Assembly (NCBI RefSeq): GCF_032444005.1
Contig: NC_091288.1
Coordinates: 168,516,001 to 168,580,000, forward strand
Length of the DNA: 64,000 nt
Source of the DNA: Ranitomeya imitator
Taxonomy: Eukaryota
Direction: 5' to 3'
Below the pieces are notes generated by a model. The model did no database searches. It was not told the DNA's origin and worked only from the letters and a program-made list of their open reading frames with translations. The number at the start of each line of letters is the position of its first letter. Within the stretch, counting starts at the first letter, position 1. The position numbers and the translations under genes were made by a program. This document shows, in pieces, positions 23,401-35,848 of this stretch.

Positions 23401-23530
23401 AAGACGGTTTCCCAAGAAAAGAGAAACGGCATCATCGATATGTAGCTCATCGATAGTGGTCTCTATGCCAAAAAAATTGCCAAACTGCATCATGTGAGTG
23501 CTATGACAGTTATTATAGTGCATGTGGTAA

Positions 23531-24447
23531 AGGGGTAATTCCAATTTCCAAGATCCTATCCCAATATGTAATAGATATAATAATAATATTAGCAAATAAC
23601 TTCAATTAGAGCTGTAGTATAGTTCTGATTAGCCATGTCCCTTATCCCATGTGCAGAACATTGCAGTGGCTTAGGTATTGCTTGTGAAAGAAGCAAGTCC
23701 AGCTTCAATCCATAAAATCAAATCTTTTATTTCATGATGAAAATAGCTATGGCAACACTGAAATATGCCTAGGTACAGGCATGATTGGGGATAAGATGTG
23801 CAAGGAGGTGAAACCAGACTCATTTTGAATGACTACTGCCTTCTTGAACCCGGTTTGAACTGTTCACTCTGATTGAAGTGGCTTAGGCTGGGTTCACACT
23901 GCGTTAGTGTGACCCGTTTAACGGACTACGTTACACCGCAGCATAACGCAGTGTAACGTAGTCCGTTAACGCCGCCATTACTTTCAATGGCGGACGCATT
24001 GCTAGCGCATGCCCACAATGGGTGTGTGCTAGCGATGTGCCGTCATTGAGTGATGGACCCGAGACGCGGGCTGCAGTGTTTCCGGGTCCGTCACTGCTAG
24101 CGCACTGCTAGTGCAGACAGAGCTAGCAGATGCTCCATCTGCGCTAGCGCAGTGCCAAAGTTGGCACTTGCGTTAGTGCAGTCCATTTAACGGATGTGTT
24201 GATCGGACTGCACAACGCAAGTGTGAACCTAGCCTTAGGTATGCATGGTTACGATGACTAACATCTAGTTCACTATATGAGTGGTCATAACCATCGATAC
24301 CTAAGTTACTGCAATGCTCATATGGAGTAAGTGACATTCCATATCAGGAGAACTATACTACATTTCTAATTGGAGGTATTTGCTAATATTAATTTTATTA
24401 CACCTACTACATATTGGGATAGGATCTTGGAGATAGGAATGCCCTTT
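23531..24447. mobile_element. T2/Kolobok-type MITE hosting a Harbinger MITE
   Basis: TIR AGGGGTAATTCCAATTTCCAAGATCCTATCCCAATATGT with matching right end ...GGGATAGGATCTTGGAGATAGGAATGCCC, followed by TTAA. Confidence 0.7.
23886..24234. mobile_element. PIF/Harbinger-type MITE
   Basis: TIR GGCTGGGTTCACACT / AGTGTGAACCTAGCC; TTA TSD on both sides. Confidence 0.85.
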
Positions 24448-24664
24448 TTAATATAATGGGTAGGAGAGAGGGTATCGATTTTACCCTGCTGATGTCTGCA
24501 GCTCTTCTTTTGATTACAAAGCCAGGCATGAAGTCATTGTTGCAGCGCGATGCAAATGTGATGTAATGCAGGAACAGCTAATCAGAAGAAGAGCTATTAA
24601 TACCTACAGGTAAAAGGCAGTACTCTCTCCCATCAAAGTGGACACAGACCACTGTTGTATAGTA

Positions 24665-26277
24665 CAGGTCCTTCTCAAAAAATTAGCATATAGTGTTAAA
24701 TTTCATTATTTACCATAATGTAATGATTACAATTAAACTTTCATATATTATAGATTCATTATCCACCAACTGAAATTTGTCAGGTCTTTTATTGTTTTAA
24801 TACTGATGATTTTGGCATACAACTCCTGATAACCCAAAAAACCTGTCTCAATAAATTAGCATATTTCACCCATCCAATCAAATAAAAGTGTTTTTTTAAT
24901 AACAAACAAAAAAACCAACAAATAATAATGTTCAGTTATGCACTCAATACTTGGTCGGGAATCCTTTGGCAGAAATGACTGCTTCAATGCGGCGTGGCAT
25001 GGAGGCAATCAGCCTGTGACACTGCTGAGATGTTATGGAGGCCCAGGATGCTTCAATAGCGGCCTTAAGCTCATCCAGAGTGTTGGGTCTTGCGTCTCTC
25101 AACTTTCTCTTCACAATATCCCACAGATTCTCTATGGGGTTCAGGTCAGGAGAGTTGGCAGGCCAATTGATCACAGTAATACCATGGTCAGTAAACCATT
25201 TACCAGTGGTTTTGGCACTGTGAGCAGGTGCCAGGTCGTGCTGAAAAATGAAATCTTCATCTCCATAAAGCATTTCAGCCGATGGAAGCATGAAGAGCTC
25301 CAAAATCTCCTGATAGCTAGCTGCATTGACCCTGCCCTTGATGAAACACAGTGGACCAACACCAGCAGCTGACATGGCACCCCACACCATCACTGACTGT
25401 GGGTACTTGACACTGGACTTCAGGCATTTTGGCATTTCCTTCTCCCCAGTCTTCCTCCAGACTCTGGCACCTTGATTTCCGAATGACATGCAAAATTTGC
25501 TTTCATTAGAAAAAAGTACTTGGGACCACTTAGCAACAGTCCAGTGCTGCTTCTCTGTAGCCCAGGTCAGGCGCCTCTGCCGCTGTTTATGGTTCAAAAG
25601 TGGCTTTACCTGGGGAATGCGGCACCTGTAGCCCATTTCCTGCACACGCCTGTGCACGGTGGCTCTGGATGTTTCCACACCAGACTCAGTCCACTGCTTC
25701 CTCAGGTTCCCCAAGGTCTGGAATCGGTCCTTCTCCACAATCTTCCTCAGGGTCCGGTCTCCTCTTCTCGTTGTACAGCGTTTTCTGCCACATTGTTTCC
25801 TTCCAACAGACTTACCATTGAGGTGCCTTGATACAGCACTCTGGGAACAGCCTATTTGTTGAGAAATTTCTTTCTGGGTCTTACCCTCTTGCTTGAGGGT
25901 GTCAATGATGGCCTTCTTGACATCTGTCAGGTCGCTAGTCTTACCCATGATGGGGGTTTTGAGTAATGAACCAGGCAGGGAGTTTATAAAAGCCTCAGGT
26001 ATCTTTTGCATGTGTTTAGAGTTAATTAGTTGATTCAGAAGATTAGGGTAATAGGTCGTTTAGAGAACCTTTTCTTGATATGCTAATTTATTGAGACAGG
26101 TTTTTTGGGTTATCAGGAGTTGTATGCTAAAATCATCAGTATTAAAACAATAAAAGACCTGACAAATTTCAGTTGGTGGATAATGAATCTATAATATATG
26201 AAAGTTTAATTGTAATCATCACATTATGGTAAATAATGAAATTTAACACTATATGCTAATTTTTTGAGAAGGACCTG
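24665..26277 (-). mobile_element. Full-length Tc1 element (~210-bp TIRs, TA TSD)
   Basis: CAGGTCCTTCTCAAAAAATTAGCATA at both ends; TA at 24663-64 and 26278-79. Confidence 0.97.
24944..25948 (-). CDS. Tc1 transposase, open 334-aa ORF; first catalytic Asp replaced by Asn
   Basis: MGKTSDLT...; HTH region, GRKRCTT, VLFSNESKF (usually FSDES), [17 protein letters not shown] with D34E spacing. Confidence 0.9.
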   Translation of the reverse strand: MGKTSDLTDVKKAIIDTLKQEGKTQKEISQQIGCSQSAVSRHLNGKSVGRKQCGRKRCTTRRGDRTLRKIVEKDRFQTLGNLRKQWTESGVETSRATVHRRVQEMGYRCRIPQVKPLLNHKQRQRRLTWATEKQHWTVAKWSQVLFSNESKFCMSFGNQGARVWRKTGEKEMPKCLKSSVKYPQSVMVWGAMSAAGVGPLCFIKGRVNAASYQEILELFMLPSAEMLYGDEDFIFQHDLAPAHSAKTTGKWFTDHGITVINWPANSPDLNPIENLWDIVKRKLRDARPNTLDELKAAIEASWASITSQQCHRLIASMPRRIEAVISAKGFPTKY

Positions 26278-26581
26278 TATATGGTTTGTGTGTTTGCTTT
26301 ATATTCAGTTGGGCAATTATAATGTTCAAAAAGAAGAAAGTTATATTTACAAAACTGTAAAGCGCTGCGGAATATGTTAGCACTATAGAAAAATATAGAT
26401 TATTATTATATTTCATGAAATTGGGAAAACTAATCACTCAGCAGCCTTCCATTACCGGTAACTAATCAACTTTTTCCATTATGACAGGAGGTACCGTTAA
26501 CTATTCTCCATGCCTTCTTACATTGGCACACATTAATCTTATAGGTTAACAAAAAACAGAATAAAAAATATGAAGTCTTAC

Positions 26582-27174
26582 TCATTAAGTGTGTGAGTTG
26601 GCATCTCATTCCGCTCATTTTGACCATAACAACTTGTCTTGGCTTCTGGAATTACTGAATATGTGTCCAACATGGCTGATGCAGCTGTTGTGATAATTCC
26701 GAGGCCATCTCTTACTCTGGCTTCCAAGGTGTAGTCCCAGTCGTCATAAGATACAGAAACTAATCCAGATGGAAATTCAAAAGGTATTATTTCTGTGTTA
26801 CCCGTCACCAGATTAGGAACAATCCAGATGTAACCATATCCCATAAGGCCTAAAGAGCGGGCTTCATCAAAAATTCTAATGGATTCATCCTTTGAACAAT
26901 AAAGGAGTATAACCGAAGAATGGATCCTCTTCAGCTGATTAAGAGTTTGTGCATCAGTATATGATGCGTCCAGAGTAATTACATTCTGCACATCCCAATC
27001 CACAAAACTATTTTCCACAGTGTTTTTTATGAAACTTATAAAGTCTCGATATCCTGGGAAAGTGCTTGTTATAAGAGAGAAAACATGCCAGTCATATTCC
27101 TCCATGATACTAAGCATGACAGTAGCTTGCTGTGTGATGGAAGCTCCAAACTGGAAGAAGGTTGACTTTGAGTC
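26582..27174 (-). CDS. grin2a: Internal coding exon of NMDA receptor subunit GluN2A (N-terminal domain)
   Basis: Translation [21 protein letters not shown]...[16 protein letters not shown]...SCYG matches GluN2A as I recall it; AG acceptor (27175-76) and GTAAGA donor (26581); 593 bp, equal to the recalled length of the orthologous human exon; GNTE and SYDD are 2A-type rather than 2B-type. Confidence 0.95.
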
Positions 27175-27496
27175 CTGCAAAAGAACAATATAGGAAATGA
27201 TCAGGATGGAAATTATTACTTGGCAAAATATTATGTCAATATAAGAATGGCATTCATAGTGATGAACATGCAGAATTCAAATTTTCCAAGAAGTTTTTCA
27301 CTTAGACTTAAATTTGCTTTCACCATTATTGGACATTTTATCCATTGAGTTTTAAAGACCAAAAAGGCCAAACTGTATGAGAATACACATCTCAACTTAA
27401 TTTAAATACTGCATAATTGTTGAAAAAGGTCTAAGTGGCTTTTTACATTGTGGAAAAAGAAAGTAGGAAGCAGATATGATAAAATAATAAAATATG

Positions 27497-28531
27497 TGTT
27501 AGGACTGGTGGGACGCACCGAATAAATATAAAGATAATAAAAGGTGCGTTCGCAGCCCGGGGCCCACCATGCAGAGATGGAACCTGCTGCTAGGTATTGG
27601 CAGCACTATATGGCAGTACTACGCGGGACTAAAGTCAGGTTCCATCACCCGGTATGAACTGATGCGGACTCTTGCAGGGAAACTAAGGAAACGCTGTGCC
27701 CTGTTAGCAGTCACAGGGTGCAGCAGATGGACGCTAGTGGGATCTCTGAAATCCTCTATGCTGGTGATTGATCCCACTCTGACCCTCGGTGGCTTTTGAG
27801 CCTGCACCTGAGGACGCCCTGAGTCAGATGCTGAGATCAAGCGGGAGTTCCCACCCTACACTGACTGGTTGTCAGGACTAATTAAAGATTACTGCACAGA
27901 GTGTGTACAGCGCCGCTCTGGCGGACGGCACTAACCACCCTTAGGAAAGCGCTCTAATTGCGCAGAGCTTTGCACTGGTGGTCGCTGCTGGCTAGGCGCA
28001 GTAAGGATCGTGCTCTTGTGTTAAGGATAGCACTGTCAGGCGCTAGGTAGCTCCAACATTCGCAAACATTCAACAACTCTAGGAATGGGAATGATTAAGG
28101 AGCAATCACCAGAACAGGCATACAACCACACACACATGATTACAGGTGTAAACTAGGGCATGACCGAACGGCCATGCGAGCCTTTTATAGATGTAGCCTT
28201 CCAGGACCTTCCTAGTAGTCCAATCGGAGCCGCTAGAGGACATGAGCATGTGACCTCCGACCTCCAATGAGAGGTCATCCCACGGGCATGCTCAGTAGAT
28301 GAAAAGCAGGACTTAGTCCCTGGAACATCTGCTCGCCGCTAATCAAAGCTGGTTACAAAGGCTGAACCTGGGGCGGCAGTTCTAACCAGCCGGACAGTAT
28401 CAGCTTGAGCCAGAGGCTGGGACCGACGTCTCTGCTGAGCAGACTCCACTGCGGCTGGGGAAGAATGGAAGACTGCAGAGGACATGGTTCAAGATTCCCC
28501 CTGTGCAGCGGCAGGAACTAGACACCCAACA
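27497..28531 (-). mobile_element. Solo LTR, 1035 bp, 5-bp TSD ATATG
   Basis: TGTTA...CAACA termini; ATATG at 27492-96 and 28532-36; CTATAAAAGG on the minus strand at 28181-28190. Confidence 0.9.
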
Positions 28532-29069
28532 ATATGATTTACCAGTAGAGTCCTTACCTGTCCCTGTGCTTTTGCTCTAGTGTACCATCACTAGTCGCTG
28601 TGTACTTGTGTGTACTTGGCTGCAGTGATGATACATGTGGCAGCTGCAGCCAATCAGTGGTCTCAAAATAGTGACAGCAATGGAATGGCAGTGGATGTGA
28701 CAGGTAGGTAATAATTTATCATTTTGCCACATTTGCCTATGTCGTCAGCTTTTTTCGCAACTCAGAAAAAAAACCATAAATTTAGAAAGTGTATTTTTTC
28801 AGGATATATTATGGTATCTAAACCCAACTGAAGCACATATTATATAACTTCTTATATAAAAAAACATTTTTTTTGGTGATAAACACTGTACGCTGAAAGT
28901 GACATGGGAGAATCATGCCCTACATTCAGTTTCACTAATATAAATAACACACATCTTCCTGATGTTCCAATAAAGAAAAAACAGTAAAAAGGACAAAAGA
29001 AATGAGGTATTGAAGAAATAGGTGAATGAAACCTGATATCAAGCGTAATATTTAAAAATAACCTGACAT

Positions 29070-29568
29070 TTAAAAAAAACATCATTAGCCTGCAGATATG
29101 GGATTCATCTGCAGATTGATAGCATTCTAAAACTGGCTAGCACCTGCACTAAAAGCCCTGCTGATAGAAGGAAATAAAAATGTTGTTCCCTTTTGTTGTT
29201 CCCTCTGGCAGCTTCTGGCTTTTAGTCACAGCCGGCACGGACTGAATCTCCACTAAGTACATAGTGAGCAGCAGCGATAAGCATGCAACGACACTGACTG
29301 ACAGCAGGTTCAGCATTAGAGCCGGCTGTTAGTTAATACCGGGGCTTGGTTACATCTGCGACTCAACATCTACTGAGCAGGGATTGAAGCCACGAAGGCT
29401 GTGCCATTATGACTGAAAGCCAGAGGCTGATTTCAGGAATAAAGTTAATTTACTCTCGAAAGCAGGGATCTCAGCGTGGTGGCCTCATGGCTTTAGAAAA
29501 CTATTGACCTGTTGGGTAGCCCCATATATGCAGGACAACAGTGTTTTTTACTTCACAGACTCCCTTTA
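29070..29568. mobile_element. T2/Kolobok-type MITE remnant; related copies at ~37910-38340 and ~50800-51092
   Basis: Ends ACAGACTCCCTTTAA; shared CTGCAGATATGG and GACTGAAAGC.AGAGGCTG blocks. Confidence 0.55.
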
Positions 29569-29790
29569 ATTGTTGATAGTCTTACTGATAAATACATTCT
29601 GTGAACTATTATTCAAGTGTGTGACAGCACTGGAGAGGAAATTTGTTTGAGGCAAAGAGAATATGGACATACATGGCTTTTAGGGCAACTGGAGGCTTAG
29701 GAGTATTTTCAATTTTTGACTAATTGATTTATAATTTCCTGAGAAAATGTGGAAAATTAGAGTTTTTAAAGATTCTCTCATTTCTATATA

Positions 29791-31397
29791 CAGTGGGGCA
29801 AAAAAGTATTTAGTCAGTCAGCAATAGTGCAAGTTCCACCACTTAAAAAGATGAGAGGTGTCTGTAATTTACATCATAGGTAGACCTCAACTATGGGAAA
29901 CAAACTGAGAAAAAAAAATCCAGAAAATCACAATGTCTGTTTTTTTTAACATTTTATTTGCATATTATGGTGGAAAATAAGTATTTGGTCAGAAACAAAC
30001 AATCAAGATTTCTGGCTCTCACAGACCTGTAACTTCTTCTTTAAGAGTCTCCTCTTTCCTCCACTCATTACCTGTAGTAATGGCACCTGTTTAAACTTGT
30101 TATCAGTATAAAAAGACACCTGTGCACACCCTCAAACAGTCTGACTCCAAACTCCACTATGGTGAAGACCAAAGAGCTGTCAAAGGACACCAGAAACAAA
30201 ATTGTAGCCCTGCACCAGGCTGGGAAGACTGAATCTGCAATAGCCAACCAGCTTGGAGTGAAGAAATCAACAGTGGGAGCAATAATTAGAAAATGGAAGA
30301 CATACAAGACCACTGATAATCTCCCTCGATCTGGGGCTCCACGCAAAATCCCACCCCGTGGGGTCAGAATGATCACAAGAACGGTGAGCAAAAATCCCAG
30401 AACCACGCGGGGGGACCTAGTGAATGAACTGCAGAGAGCTGGGACCAATGTAACAAGGCCTACCATAAGTAACACACTATGCCACCATGGACTCAGATCC
30501 TGCAGTGCCAGACGTGTCCCACTGCTTAAGCCAGTACATGTCCGGGCCCGTCTGAAGTTTGCTAGAGAGCATTTGGATGATCCAGAGGAGTTTTGGGAGA
30601 ATGTCCTATGGTCTGATGAAACCAAACTGGAACTGTTTGGTAGAAACACAACTTGTCGTGTTTGGAGGAAAAAGAATACTGAGTTGCATCCATCAAACAC
30701 CATACCTACTGTAAAGCATGGTGGTGGAAACATCATGCTTTGGGGCTGTTTCTCTGCAAAGGGGCCAGGACGACCGATCTGGGTACATGAAAGAATGAAT
30801 GGGGCCATGTATCGTGAGATTTTGAGTGCAAACCTCCTTCCATCAGCAAGGGCATTGAAGATGAAATGTGGCTAGGTCTTTCAACATGACAATGATCCAA
30901 AGCACACCGCCAGGGCAACGAAGGAGTGGCTTCGTAAGAAGCATTTCAAGGTCCTGGAGTGGCCTAGCCAGTCTCCAGATCTCAACCCTATAGAAAACCT
31001 TTGGAGGGAGTTGAAAGTCCGTGTTGCCAAGCGAAAAGCCAAAAACATCACTGCTCTAGAGGAGATCTGCATGGAGGAATGGGCCAACATACCAACAACA
31101 GTGTGTGGCAACCTTGTGAAGACTTACAGAAAACGTTTGACCTCTGTCAGTGCCAACAAAGGATATATTACAAAGTATTGAGATGAAATTTTTTTTCTGA
31201 CCAAATACTTATTTTCCACCATAATGTGCAAATAAAATGTTAAAAAAACAGACAATGTGATTTTCTGGATTTTTTTTTCTCAGTTTGTCTCCCATAGTTG
31301 AGGTCTACCTATGATGTAAATTACAGATGCCTCTCATCTTTTTAAGTGGTGGAACTTGCACTATTGCTGACTGACTAAATACTTTTTTGCCCCACTG
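29791..31397 (+). mobile_element. Full-length Tc1 element (third family; TA TSD)
   Basis: TIR CAGTGGGGCAAAAAAGTATTTAGTCAGTC; TA at 29789-90 and 31398-99. Confidence 0.97.
30159..31181 (+). pseudogene. Tc1 transposase of 340 codons with a single premature stop (TAG at 30873-75, probably from TGG)
   Basis: MVKTKELS...WSDETK...[11 protein letters not shown]...[11 protein letters not shown]...KY*; frame continuous across the stop. Confidence 0.9.
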
Positions 31398-34225
31398 TAT
31401 ATAGCATTTGTATATGAATACCAATTGCTTAAATTCTAATACTCCACAGAAAGGCCACAGTCAATAAGTCCCATAAAAATATACTTTATTAAATATATGT
31501 TAAAATACCATAGCATGGAAGGAAAAGGTACATAAAGAGAGGCACAGTCTTTAGAGATCAATAGCTTCATAATACAAGGTGCAATTTGCATGACCTGTAC
31601 ACTTTGTAATTTTATCTTCTAATCCTCAGTGATAGTATTTGCACTTTGATTTTGTAAATCCAAAATATCACTATGTACAATTATTTTTGTTAATTTTTAT
31701 CAATTGGAAAGAAAAGGAAGGGTGGCAGTAATTCCATTCTCTTAATCCTCAACCACAAAAATGCCTCCTAAAGATACAAGCCAAAGGTTCTATAGCAAGA
31801 ACCCAACTAAAACCACGAAGAATACACTGTACTGTAAAAGTTTTGCAAAATCCCAAAGGTGAACAGCTTGCATCTATTGAAAACTTAGTTTTTATTAAGA
31901 TCAAAATTCAGATCAGATTTGTTAATAGTGACAAATACTGTATTCCAAAAACAAAGTAATATGTTTCCTCCAATGTTCTTTATACAGTATGTGTGTTAGT
32001 ATTTACTTACTATTTTAATTATTGCTTGATATTACTCCAAGAATTTCAGTAATCTTGAGTTTAGGTGATAACTTATAAATGAACATTTTGCAAGAAAATG
32101 TAGCACACTGATCAGACTAAATATAATTGTGATTGGAAAATAGAAATAAAATAGCCAAGAACAAGTAGGGTAGAAACCGAAATTACGAATACTGGATTGA
32201 TAAATCCAATGACCTAACGAGATAAATCCTTCTGAAGAGAACTTATGTGTTGCTGTTAGACAAAATCATCCTGATGGCAAAAAATAACTTAACTAAACAC
32301 TAAAATAGACACCTAGCAAGTGGAAACTAAAAGAATATTTATCAATTAATTTGCTCATATGTTAGGAATCAGTACCTAGCTATATAAATTTGATAATTAT
32401 AATCTATTTGCTCTCAGAACTAACATTTTTTTGTAGTGGCCATTTTTTACAAAAGGGACAACGGATCTATTGCATGGCAATTTTTATAATTAGCTTTTCA
32501 AAAATTGATATAAAGACATAATTTTGCTTTCGATAAAATAATAGTTTACTGAAAGTTAATTTAAAGGTGACAATCAATATGGGTCACACTTTTTGTTGCC
32601 CCTTTTTCAAAAATGGCCATTTCGACAAACTCGAAAATTGCCGAAAAAAACTGTAAGTAAAAAAAAGGTTTACCAAATTTTGGCTGCTACTTTAAACTAA
32701 TTTATTACTAAGTGTTTGGGCTGTAATCCTCTTTTATAATGTTACTAAAAGTGCAAGATCATGGAACCACAGATTCATGTTCTCAATTAACTTCTTCAGT
32801 GACTTTTTATATTAATGCCATGAGTTCTCCAAACTCTACATCAAAAAGCGTTAGATACTGTCCAGGGCAATTACCCATAAAATTAAAGAGAATAATTACA
32901 CAATTCACTTATAGTTTAGAAGAACATTATCCACAAAAGGGATTCAAATAATTTAGGGGAATATATTGTCTTTCAACATGCCCTGGGTGTCCTTTGCTGT
33001 ACAACCGCAAATGGTTTCCTGCAATAGAAGTAATGTAATCTTTGCTGTTTTATCATCCCTGTCTTCTCAGCATATAGTAAATTATGATAGATTTATCGTG
33101 TCTGGGCACAAACCTTTGTAGTTAGAACAATGGGAGATGCAAAGTCAATTAGTTTTATTTAGATTTGAGTTTGCTTGAAGTATATATAAAGTATTTTTGA
33201 TTACTTTGTTGATGATGTTTGCAATCATAGTAAGTGGTTGACAGTTGTTAATCTTTTAATCTAAATGCTATTTGTGACCGTATTATTTTCTATACCAAAG
33301 AATTACATTTTATTTGCAAGGATTAGCGATTATTGTTTAATATGAATATTATTATTATTACTATTAGTAGTAGCAGTAGTATCAATCTATGCCTTAGCAA
33401 ATCTAAGTTATTAGCTCCATTTTTGTTTTTAATTATTCATGCTAATGATCTCTGGGGAAAGACTTTGAAATGTCTGGTTTATTTTACTTGTTAAATAGTT
33501 CTACTTCTCATTAGATGTCTTCTTTAAAGGGACTCTGTCACCTGAATTTGGTGGGAACAATTTTCAGCCATGGAGGCGGGGTTTTCAGGTGTTTGATTCA
33601 CCCTTTCCTTACCCGCTGGCTGCATGCTGGCTGCAATATTGGATTGAAGTTCATTCTATGTCCTCCATAGTACACGCCTGCTCAGGTACTGCAGCAACTT
33701 CCATTGGTTTTCCAGGAAGGCCCTGTACCTGATCAAGTTCTATGGCAGCCTTTCATTGGTCCTTCTTGGAAGGTCCTGTAGGTGCTACAACTATAAAGGG
33801 TTCTCAAGACCGCACGGCCATGCACTAGTGTCAATTTATAAATGAGCTCAGCGCCAGTGTGGTCATGTTTTGTATGCAGTCAGTGACCCGGGTGAAATAA
33901 GCCCCTAGAATGCTGGCACCTCTGGCGAGGAGTTTCATGTTTGCATTTGACTGCATGACCACCATCTGCTCTACTAAGTAGCTGTGTGCCTCTGTGAGCC
34001 AAGCAGGGCACAGCGTTATATTTGCTAACAGACTCTGTGAAGTAACAGAGTCTGTTTATACCACTATATAGTACCGCCATATCTAGCTGCAGGTGCTTTC
34101 CTGCACGGTGGATCCCGGGTTGCGAACGCACCAACTTCCTCTAATAAATATATATTCGGTGCATTCCGCCAACCCTAACAACAAGGACAAGGCTGGCAAT
34201 CAATATTGGTTGATGTTGACTGTTA

Positions 34226-34997
34226 AGGTACGGTCACACTCAGCAACTTTCCAACGATCACGACCAGCGATAGGACCTGGCCGTGATCGTTGGAAAGTCC
34301 TTGTGTGGTTGCTGGAGAGCTGTCACACAGACAGCTCTCCAGTGACCAACGATGCCGAAGTCCCCGGGTAACCAGGGTAAACATCGGGTTACTAAGCGCA
34401 GGGCCGCGCTTAGTAACCCGATGTTTACCCTGGTTACCATTGTAAATGTAAAAAAAGAAAAAACACCACATACTTACATTCCGGTGCCTGTCACGTCCCC
34501 GGCGTCTGCTTCCCTGCACTCCTCCTGCATCCTGTGTAAGCGCAGGCCGTAAAGCAGAGCGGTGACGTCACCGCTGTGCTCTGCTTTACGGCAGGCCGGC
34601 GCTGACACAGGATGCAGGAGGAGTGCAGGGAAGCGGACGCAGGGGACGTGACAGGCACCGGAATGTGAGTATGTGTTTTTTTTTTTTTTTACATTTACAA
34701 TGGTAACCAGGGTAAACATCGGGTTACTAAGCGCGGCCCTGCACATAGTAACCTGATATTTACCCTGGTTGCAAGAGAAGACATCGCTGGATCGGCGTCA
34801 CACACGCCGATTCAGCGATGTCAGCGGATGATCCAACGACGAAATAAGGTGCTGGCTTTCTAGCTCCGACCAGCGATGTCACAGCAGGATCCAGATCGCT
34901 GCTGCCTGTCAAACACAACGATATCGCTATCCAGGATGCTGCAACGTCACGGATTGCTATCGTTATCGTTGTAATGTTGTTCAGTGTGAAGGTACCT
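34226..34997. mobile_element. PIF/Harbinger-type MITE with internal hairpin duplications
   Basis: TIR AGGTAC.GTCACACT / AGTGTGAAGGTACCT; TTA TSD; hairpin AACCAGGGTAAACATCGGGTTACTAAGCG/CGCTTAGTAACCCGATGTTTACCCTGGTT at ~34369-34436 and ~34705-34770. Confidence 0.85.
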
Positions 34998-35848
34998 TTA
35001 AGATTGCTAAATCCCTTAGGTGTCACTAGAGTTTAAGTACTTTTCCTCTCTGAAAAGGCTATTTACATATATAAATTTCCAGAGGACCATTACATGAGCT
35101 AAAAGTCTCCTAACTCTGACATGGCACTGTCCACAAAGAAAAATATTACCCTTAGATCCCCTATCAGAGGCTTCCCTCTGTGTCTACAAGTGGAGTGCCT
35201 GCTTTGTCTTCTTATCCTAAATCATGTGTTAAGGCTTATTAAAGGGTGGATATTGACTTTAAGGATTGCTACAACCAATTGGTTGCACTAGAGTTCAAGT
35301 CCTCTTCCTCTCTGAAAAGGCTCTTTGCATATATAAATTCTTAGAGAAGGATTGTTTGGCTTATAAGTCACCTTACAATGACATGGCACTATCCACATTA
35401 ATCCTTAAACTCCATAGTTGAAAAAAAAACATTATCTTGGTTAGGGACCCTGTATGAACCACTAGATACAACCTTTGTATTGAGTATTTCGATGCTTACA
35501 TTTTTTACACATGCTCCATTTTTTTATTCATATATTATATAATTTGACTTCTTAAGAAGATCCAAATAAAGATGTATGACCATGAATATTATAAAATAGT
35601 CCAATAATAATTGAATAAAAAGCAAGTTTAATATTGAACAATATTATACAAGACATTTTGAAAACTGGTAGATTACAAAACTAATGCAAAAAAAATCTAA
35701 CTTTTAATAATATAAGCAAAAATGTATTTAATGAAGCTGGAAAATGTATATATAATATGAGCCAGTCCCTTTATGGATGATCCTACTGTCTATCATGATA
35801 AATACTGTATGATTGTCCAGTTTGTGGCTTTTAGTAAGCATGGCTTAA

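Noticed and set aside
23320-23595. ORF containing RLQGRFTIR, reminiscent of an Ig V-domain strand
   Set aside because: No flanking Cys/Trp Ig framework or convincing splice sites; it overlaps a tRNA-like head and a MITE boundary.
1-26581. Search for the next grin2a exon (..NVTW.G.DLSF..GYQ..)
   Set aside because: Not found by eye or in the ORF track; it is probably beyond the left edge, so the intron status of this region is inferred only.
35010-35400. Two diverged ~110-bp direct repeats (CACTAGAGTT.AAGT.C..TTCCTCTCTGAAAAGGCT) suggesting a DIRS/Ngaro-like split repeat
   Set aside because: No coding remnant or termini to support a classification.
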